A stretch of 64,000 nucleotides of DNA from an uncultured Gammaproteobacteria bacterium. Its GTDB lineage: Bacteria; Patescibacteriota; Microgenomatia; UBA12405. This document shows, in pieces, positions 58,417-64,000 of the stretch. How positions within the stretch are numbered: position 1 is the stretch's first letter; each line of letters begins with the position of its first letter. The translations under genes and the position numbers were made by a program. Location of the stretch: assembly GCA_964544275.1 (NCBI GenBank), contig CAZIZX010000005.1, positions 4,720 through 68,719 of the forward strand. The letters are read 5' to 3'. The notes under the pieces were generated by a model that ran no database searches, had not been told where the DNA came from, and saw only the letters and a list, made by a program, of their open reading frames with translations.

Positions 58417-58438
58417 AAGGTTTACGATAGAAGTGAAA

Positions 58439-58819
58439 TTATGGTTGAAGGGTTGGTATTTCGAGAGTGAGGATGTTGATGCCGAAGATGACATTGATAA
58501 GCTGGACGATGGCCCAAGCGGCAAAAATAATAGCCAGACCGATAAGAGCACTGGTAATTTGGGCGCGGGCCGAAGCGACTTTCTTTTCGTCACCTTCGGA
58601 AGTAACCCACTTAATGCCGCCCCAGATAAGCATGAAGAAAAAGAGCAGGGCAGCGACCAGCATGATCAAGCTGATCAGTCCGGAAACTAAGCTGGCGGGG
58701 GTGATATTTCGAAGGACATTAAAGGTGCTGCTATCTTTGGGTCTGAGATCTATTTGCTGGGCGTAGGCGGGAGCGACCAGAGAGAAATATTTGACTTTAT
58801 TTGTTATTTGTTTGATCAT
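58439..58819 (-). CDS. VirB2/TrbC-like pilin paralog 2
   Basis: PAYAQQ leader end; core WVTSEGDEKKVASARAQITSALIGLAIIF. Confidence 0.55.
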   Translation of the reverse strand: MIKQITNKVKYFSLVAPAYAQQIDLRPKDSSTFNVLRNITPASLVSGLISLIMLVAALLFFFMLIWGGIKWVTSEGDEKKVASARAQITSALIGLAIIFAAWAIVQLINVIFGINILTLEIPTLQP

Positions 58820-58899
58820 TTTGTTGATTTAATGGTTAATTTGTAAGTAATTAGTTTATTTTAGCAGTTAGTTTTTTAAAATGGAAGGATTGCTTGTTT

Positions 58900-59259
58900 T
58901 TAGAGAGTGGGCCAGGGAATTGACAGGGCTTCCAGGCCTTGGATACCAGTAATTGTACCGATTAATTTGAGGATGACAAAAATAGAAAAGATTAAGATTA
59001 AGCCGACAAAAGCATAAGTGATAGAAGTGCGTCCGGATTCTATCTTTTTGGGATCACCCTCAGAGGTAATGAAGTGGAAAGCTCCAAGTGAAAAGAAGAT
59101 GATAAACATGAGGACGGCAATTATGAAGAGTATGGAAAAACCAGTCTGGAGCAGGTTGTTGAAATATCCTTGTGGATTAGTTACTTGGTTAGCAGCGCTG
59201 CAGTTTGGATTGAGGGCGGGGTTACAGATTTGGGCGAGAGCGGGTTTGACGATTGACAT
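58900..59259 (-). CDS. VirB2/TrbC-like pilin paralog 3
   Basis: PALAQ near the N-terminus; core FITSEGDPKKIESGRTSITYAFVGLILIF. Confidence 0.55.
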   Translation of the reverse strand: MSIVKPALAQICNPALNPNCSAANQVTNPQGYFNNLLQTGFSILFIIAVLMFIIFFSLGAFHFITSEGDPKKIESGRTSITYAFVGLILIFSIFVILKLIGTITGIQGLEALSIPWPTL

Positions 59260-59260
59260 G

Positions 59261-59602
59261 TTATTTAAATAGAGGTGAACTGGTAAGATTGAGGATGCCG
59301 GGCATACCTAAGATAGTAGCAATAAGCGAGGCCAGGGCGACGGCGACGACAACGATAATGAGCCCCATGATGCCGTAAGTGAGAGATTTTCTGGCGGAAT
59401 CGACTTTGGCCTTGTCGCCTTCGGAAGAAATAAAATTATAGCCGGCAATAATGATTTGAAAGATAAAGTAGATGACGGCAGCTACAGTGAGTAAGCCAAT
59501 AACCGTGCTGATTAGGTTTTGGAGAGTGGTGACAGAGTCAGCACCGGGCTGGAGGCCAAAGGGATTTTTCAATGTTTGAGCGTAAGCTGGTTTGATAATC
59601 AT
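59261..59602 (-). CDS. VirB2/TrbC-like pilin paralog 4
   Basis: PAYAQ near the N-terminus; core FISSEGDKAKVDSARKSLTYGIMGLIIVV. Confidence 0.55.
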   Translation of the reverse strand: MIIKPAYAQTLKNPFGLQPGADSVTTLQNLISTVIGLLTVAAVIYFIFQIIIAGYNFISSEGDKAKVDSARKSLTYGIMGLIIVVVAVALASLIATILGMPGILNLTSSPLFK

Positions 59603-59922
59603 TATTGTGGTCCCAAAATTCTGGGATTAAGGATGTCAATATTTAATATGCGGCCAACGACGGAAGCGATAAGGAAAGCAGAAGCGATAATTCCGAGACC
59701 GATAATGCTTTGGATGAGTCGGGAGGTAGCCTGTTCAACTTTTTTGGGGTCGCCGCTGGCTGAAAGAAGAGAGAAGCCGGACATGATAATCTGGAAAACA
59801 AAAAAGATAGCAGCGACAGTGGTAATGAGAATAAAAAAACGGTTGAGTAGGGTAAAAAGAGGAGAATCGCCGGTTGTTTCTATTTGGACCGGTGGTTTGA
59901 TTTGGCCGATAATGTCGCCCAT
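59602..59922 (-). CDS. VirB2/TrbC-like pilin paralog 5
   Basis: Core LLSASGDPKKVEQATSRLIQSIIGLGIIA. Confidence 0.55.
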   Translation of the reverse strand: MGDIIGQIKPPVQIETTGDSPLFTLLNRFFILITTVAAIFFVFQIIMSGFSLLSASGDPKKVEQATSRLIQSIIGLGIIASAFLIASVVGRILNIDILNPRILGPQ

Positions 59923-59925
59923 GGT

Positions 59926-60246
59926 TTAGTTGGTATTATTGAAAATTGTAACTCCGGTGACCATTTCGATAACTTGAACGATAAAAAAGGCAGAAACAAC
60001 GATCACTAGCCCGATAACGGCATTGGTAACAGCTTGTTTGCCGGTTTCAGTCTTTTTGGCATCATTACTGCCTGCGCCAATTATAAGCTGAAGACCGCCA
60101 AAAATCAAAAGACCAAGGAAAATTATGCCAGCCAGAGAAATAATATTTTTTAAGAGAACATTGACAAGAACGCCAAGATTAGGGAAGGTGTTTTCAAGAG
60201 TACGGCCGGAACCTAGAGGTAATTGCCCAATATTAACTTGAATCAT
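59926..60246 (-). CDS. VirB2/TrbC-like pilin paralog 6 (first gene of operon)
   Basis: Start set at internal ATG (MIQVNIGQLPLGS); core LIIGAGSNDAKKTETGKQAVTNAVIGLVIVV. Confidence 0.5.
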   Translation of the reverse strand: MIQVNIGQLPLGSGRTLENTFPNLGVLVNVLLKNIISLAGIIFLGLLIFGGLQLIIGAGSNDAKKTETGKQAVTNAVIGLVIVVSAFFIVQVIEMVTGVTIFNNTN

Positions 60247-60398
60247 TTTAATGGAAATTATACTATGTATATATAGGAATTTGTAGGAGCGCTTGGTAGA
60301 AAATTGACAAATAGATTTATTTGGCTGAAGATTCCGTATATATGATGATATAATACGCCACAAAGAAAAGGTTAATAATTAATATAAATCCCAAAAGA

Positions 60399-61310
60399 AT
60401 GAGAAAAAATATAATTATTACAATATGGGTGATGGCGGGAATGGTCTGGCTGTCGGGTTTGGGCAGTAAGGTGTTGGCGGTGACTGAGGTACCGGAGGCA
60501 AGTGTGAGCGCTGAGACGGAAGAAGCCAGTGTGAGCGCGACCCCAATTCCAACTGAGGTTAAACCAAAAGAGAACATAACCGAACCAAGTAGTCCGGAAG
60601 TTAAGTATCGATTAGAGTCGGTACTAGAGCGGCAGGAGGTTGATGGTTGGAATGGAATAAATAGCTTGAGAAAGGTGGTGAGAGTGGCTATCGACAGGGG
60701 TGTTTCGGCTAATACGATAGTTTTGCTGTTGTTATTGCCATTGGTGGCAACATTGGTATCGGTGCTACATTACGTGTTTGGCTTATCCGGTTACGGGATA
60801 TTTACGCCAACGATGTTGGCGGTGACGTTTCTGGCAACGGGAATTTTGGGAGGTTTGCTGTTATTTGCTTTGATTTTGGCGATATCATTGGTGGGCAATA
60901 TGATACTTAAAAAGTTAAGGTTGCACTTTTGGCCGTCGAGGTCGATTAATTTGGCATTTATTGCTTTTGGGACTTTTGGGTTGATGTTTGTGTCGTCTTT
61001 TATGCCGTTTGTAGACATCAGCAATATATCCATATTCCCAATATTGTTTATGATATTGCTGGCGGAAGAATTTGTGAGAACACAATTGGTCAAGAGCCGG
61101 GACGAGGCGATGAAATTGACTTTGGGGACGCTGGTGCTGGCGATTGGCGGAGCAGTAACCATGAGTTTCCGATGGGCGCAGGAGATGGTGTTGTTGAACC
61201 CAGAAATTACAATACTTCTGGTAATAGTGATTAACCTTTTGGTGGGGAGTTACACCGGAATCAGACTGTTGGAAATAAGTAGATTTAAAAAAGCGATTAG
61301 AGAAAAGTAA
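60399..61310 (+). CDS. Seven-TM membrane protein with ~100-aa N-terminal extracytoplasmic region (7TM partner of ATP-grasp amidoligase systems)
   Basis: Signal peptide, acidic/Pro-rich stretch, then 7 hydrophobic helices. Immediately upstream of two ATP-grasp genes. Confidence 0.5.
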   Translation: MRKNIIITIWVMAGMVWLSGLGSKVLAVTEVPEASVSAETEEASVSATPIPTEVKPKENITEPSSPEVKYRLESVLERQEVDGWNGINSLRKVVRVAIDRGVSANTIVLLLLLPLVATLVSVLHYVFGLSGYGIFTPTMLAVTFLATGILGGLLLFALILAISLVGNMILKKLRLHFWPSRSINLAFIAFGTFGLMFVSSFMPFVDISNISIFPILFMILLAEEFVRTQLVKSRDEAMKLTLGTLVLAIGGAVTMSFRWAQEMVLLNPEITILLVIVINLLVGSYTGIRLLEISRFKKAIREK

Positions 61311-61325
61311 ATTTTTGATAAATTT

Positions 61326-62648
61326 ATGATTAAATTAGGCGCTTATAAACAATTTCTGACCAAAAACGACAGGAATAAGGTGTATTTGCGGAAGAACGGA
61401 GTGAGTGGCAGGGCTATTGCCGACAGCAAGTATAAGACCAAAAGCAGGTTGGCCAGGGCGGGGGTGATGGTACCAAAATTGATTGCCAGATTTAGAGATG
61501 AGGAAGAGTTGAACAATTTCCGATGGGAGGATTTAGAGGGTAATTTTGTGATAAAACCGGTGTCGGGTTATGGAGGGGAAGGAATTATTATTATCCGAAG
61601 AAGGGGCAAATGGGCAGGTGAGTGGCAGAAGATGAACGGTGAGGTTATTAGCACGCAGGAGATTAATCTTCATTGTCGGGAAATATTGGCGGGACGTTAC
61701 AGTCTGCATGGGATACCGGATAACGTGCTGGTGGAAGAGAGAATCAAGATTCATCCAAAGTTTTTGTCTTTGACCAAATCGGGAACACCGGATATCAGAG
61801 TAATTGTGTACAATAAAATCCCGGTAATGGCGATGTTTAGGATACCAACAGAGAAGAGCGGAGGAAAGGCAAATTTGCAACAGGGAGCGATGGGGCTGGG
61901 GATTGACTTGGCGACGGGAATTACAACTTACGGAGTGGAAGGGAAGGGAGATTTGGTGACCAGGATTTATGACTACAAGAAGAAAAAAAGGATAAAGGTA
62001 AACGGGATAAAAATCCCCTGGTGGAAAGAAATATTGGAAACAGCGGTAAATTGTCAGAAGGCGATTCCGTCTTTGGGATTCTTGGGGGTGGATATTGTTC
62101 TGGATAAAGAAAAAGGGCCGGTGGTGCTGGAAGTGAATGCCAGACCGGGCCTGTCGATTCAAATCTGCAACAAGGCGGGCCTGAAAAACAGAATGGACAA
62201 GGTGGAAGGGTTGGAAGTGAGGAGTATTAACCACGCTACGACTTTGGCCAAATATTTGTTTGGGGAAAGTTTTTTTGAGAAGGTGGAGGAAAAGGAAAAA
62301 GACAAAATAAGGACAGTTAAGCCATTGGAAACGGTGAAGGTGAAAATCGGCAAAGGGAAGAAGAACGTAGTTGAAGTATTGGCTAAAATTGATACAGGAG
62401 CTTTTCGAAGTTCGATTGACAGGAGCTTGGCATTGAAGCATGGGTTGCTGGGTGAAGATAAGGTTTTATATTATCGGCACTACAGGAACAGTATGGGATC
62501 AGGAGTGAGGAGGCCGGTGGTGGAATTGACTTTTTGGTTGCAAGGTAAAAGAATTACGTCGGCCATTAATGTGGCGGATAGGAAGAAATTAAGAGCAAAA
62601 TTCTTGATTGGAAGGAGAGATTTACAGGATTTTGTGGTAAAAACTTGA
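61326..62648 (+). CDS. ATP-grasp ligase (alpha-L-glutamate-ligase-related / ATPgrasp_ST type) fused to C-terminal retropepsin-like aspartic peptidase domain
   Basis: FVIKPVSGYGGEGIIII, DIRVIVYNKIPVMAMFRIP and GVDIVLDKEKGPVVLEVNARPGLS form the ATP-grasp. The C-terminus carries VKIGKGKKNVVEVLAKIDTGAFRSSID (D-T-G-A), as in the Zn_protease/PF05618-type proteins found next to RimK. Confidence 0.6.
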   Translation: MIKLGAYKQFLTKNDRNKVYLRKNGVSGRAIADSKYKTKSRLARAGVMVPKLIARFRDEEELNNFRWEDLEGNFVIKPVSGYGGEGIIIIRRRGKWAGEWQKMNGEVISTQEINLHCREILAGRYSLHGIPDNVLVEERIKIHPKFLSLTKSGTPDIRVIVYNKIPVMAMFRIPTEKSGGKANLQQGAMGLGIDLATGITTYGVEGKGDLVTRIYDYKKKKRIKVNGIKIPWWKEILETAVNCQKAIPSLGFLGVDIVLDKEKGPVVLEVNARPGLSIQICNKAGLKNRMDKVEGLEVRSINHATTLAKYLFGESFFEKVEEKEKDKIRTVKPLETVKVKIGKGKKNVVEVLAKIDTGAFRSSIDRSLALKHGLLGEDKVLYYRHYRNSMGSGVRRPVVELTFWLQGKRITSAINVADRKKLRAKFLIGRRDLQDFVVKT

Positions 62649-62649
62649 T

Positions 62650-63537
62650 ATGAAAAAGATCGGAGTGTTTTTTGGCGGAAAGTTAAATTCAAAAGTAGAA
62701 GCACTTAAACTGGCGGCGGAGAGGCAGGGGGTGAGCTTAGATTTAATTAATTACAAACAGGTTGGCTATAGAGTTTCGGGGGATAGAGTGAAGATTGAGC
62801 TGGGGAAGGGAAGGAAGCTGGCTGACTATGGAGTGATATTTTTCCGGACAGCGAAAAATCATTGGGAAAAAATTGGAGTGATTGTTGACGCTATTGACGA
62901 CAAGACAGTAGTGGTGGACCCGATTGTAAAAACGGGAAGGCCAACAGATATCTGCAAGGTGTATCAAGTGAAAACTTTGGCGAAAAACGGGCTGTCAGTA
63001 CCCAAAACTGTAATGGGAGATTTGCATTGGCTTCGGTTAAGAGCGGACAAATTGTTTAAATATCCAATGATCCTGAAGGGAAGTCAGGGAGACAGGAGGT
63101 CGCAGGTGTTTAAATTTTATAGTAATGCCGATTGGGATAAGCGATGGGAAAATTGTGTTTTAAGGGTAAAAAATGAAGGACAGATATATATGTTGCAAGA
63201 ATACGTGGAAAATATTGAAGATTATCGAGTAATGGTAGTAGGGAAGAAGGTTTTGGGAGTGATGAAGAGGGCGGTTGGAGAAAATAGCCAACTTAAGAAT
63301 GTGTTTACGAAGACAGAGTTACCTGAAAAAGATTTAGAGTTGGCGGCGAGGGCGGCGAGGGCCTGTGGAATTGAAATAGCCGGGGTGGACATGGTTTATA
63401 GGAAGGAAAGCGAAACACCTATGTTCTGGGAAGTAAACAAAACGCCAAATTATTCCCGGTTTATGGAAGTAACCGGGATAGATGTGCCAGGGGAAATAGT
63501 TTCACATTTAGCGGCATATTTGAAAAAGAACAAATAG
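62650..63537 (+). CDS. rimK: RimK-family ATP-grasp alpha-L-glutamate ligase
   Basis: 295 aa; MILKGSQGDRRSQV, YMLQEYVENIEDYRVMVVGKKVLG, EIAGVDMVYRKESETPMFWEVN. Start is 2 nt after the previous stop. Confidence 0.7.
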   Translation: MKKIGVFFGGKLNSKVEALKLAAERQGVSLDLINYKQVGYRVSGDRVKIELGKGRKLADYGVIFFRTAKNHWEKIGVIVDAIDDKTVVVDPIVKTGRPTDICKVYQVKTLAKNGLSVPKTVMGDLHWLRLRADKLFKYPMILKGSQGDRRSQVFKFYSNADWDKRWENCVLRVKNEGQIYMLQEYVENIEDYRVMVVGKKVLGVMKRAVGENSQLKNVFTKTELPEKDLELAARAARACGIEIAGVDMVYRKESETPMFWEVNKTPNYSRFMEVTGIDVPGEIVSHLAAYLKKNK

Positions 63538-63583
63538 GATTTTGTGGCCAATCCTGTTATAATAATTCGTCTTTGTCAGTTTT

Positions 63584-63657
63584 GGGCAATTAGCTCAGTT
63601 GGTTAGAGCACCGTCCTGATAAGACGGGGGTCGGAGATTCGAGTTCTCCATTGCCCA
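63584..63657 (+). tRNA. tRNA-Ile (anticodon GAT)
   Basis: 74-nt cloverleaf: acceptor GGGCAAT/ATTGCCC, D-arm GCTCAGTTGGTTAGAGC, anticodon stem CCGTC/GACGG with loop CTGATAA, T-arm GGAGATTCGAGTTCTCC, discriminator A. Confidence 0.85.
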
Positions 63658-63825
63658 CACTCGAGTTGTAATCTAGAATTAATCAATAAATGAAATGAAA
63701 AAATGGAATTTTTTTCGAGTGGTGGGTTTGACAGCTGCCTTGGCACTGATTGTGTTTGGGAGTGTGGATAATGTATGGAGGACGATCAAGTTGGGTTTAA
63801 GAAGTTTAAGGAATATCTAGGTTGT

Positions 63826-64000
63826 TAATAAGGAAAGTTATTCTGGCGGCGGCGGTGTTGGTGGGGTTGGGATATTGGAGATTTGGGGGTAAGATGGACT
63901 TGTTGAGTCCTTTGGTGTTGGGTGACAGGCAGAATAAATTTGAAAGAGATTATAAAGTAGTGGGTTTTTTGCCGACCTGGATGGTAGGAAAGACGCTGCA
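63826..64000 (+). CDS. 5' fragment of a gene (runs off window); possible GH18-like/peptidoglycan-hydrolase N-terminus with a non-ATG start
   Basis: Open frame to the window end. Signal-like LAAAVLVGLGYW, then YKVVGFLPTWMVGKT resembling GH18 N-termini. Confidence 0.25.

Noticed and set aside
60247-60398. Explicit -35/-10 promoter call in the divergent spacer between the pilin operon and the 7TM gene (TTGACA at ~60312, TATAAT-like at ~60351)
   Set aside because: Spacing between the hexamers (about 33 nt) does not fit a sigma-70 promoter, and the AT-rich background makes such matches frequent. Not reported as a feature.
1-64000. CRISPR arrays, IS elements, integrases
   Set aside because: No regularly spaced direct repeats and no transposase or integrase-like ORFs were seen on either strand.

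Overview
This 64-kb chromosomal window has the hallmarks of a small-genome Candidate Phyla Radiation (Patescibacteria)-like bacterium. I infer that from gene content only: a short Gram-positive-type YidC, many GT-C-like membrane glycosyltransferases, VirB2-like pilin arrays, FISUMP-domain surface proteins, and no response regulators. The window spans the replication origin: dnaN and dnaA on the minus strand diverge from rpmH-rnpA-yidD-yidC-jag on the plus strand. TTATCCACA-type DnaA boxes lie in the 322-bp AT-rich dnaN-dnaA spacer and upstream of dnaA. Housekeeping genes include malic enzyme, trxB, mutM, rnhB, an IMPDH-family enzyme, pepF, a TrmH-like methyltransferase, ftsH, a 5'-3' exonuclease and tRNA-Ile(GAT). 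A cell-envelope polysaccharide set includes a GT4 transferase, a Wzx-like flippase, a Wzy/O-antigen-ligase-like protein and a DUF4012-like giant protein. The accessory content worth a second look is: (i) a giant multidomain surface protein (FISUMP x2, Fn3, LysM, C-terminal TM anchor) whose reading frame is interrupted only by two TGA codons, both exactly where the duplicated domain copy has Trp, next to a near-identical 48-nt intragenic repeat; (ii) a type-IV-secretion-like module immediately beside oriC, with a PrgI-like protein, a VirB4 ATPase carrying a low-complexity C-terminal extension, and a ~940-aa membrane protein with a C-terminal CHAP/NlpC-P60-like hydrolase, followed by two tandem small secreted paralogs; (iii) about 18 kb away, a minus-strand operon of six paralogous VirB2/TrbC-like pilin genes, then a VirB1-like lytic transglycosylase and a VirB6/TrbL-like polytopic protein, with an internal terminator-like hairpin after the fifth pilin; (iv) a 7TM protein, an ATP-grasp fused to a retropepsin-like DTGA domain, and a RimK-like ATP-grasp (a predicted peptide amidoligase system) next to the tRNA; (v) a PNP/UDP-phosphorylase-fold protein with an unknown 300-aa N-terminus divergent from a 749-aa Arg-tailed hypothetical protein. 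No VirD4, VirB11, relaxase, integrase, transposase or CRISPR array was seen.
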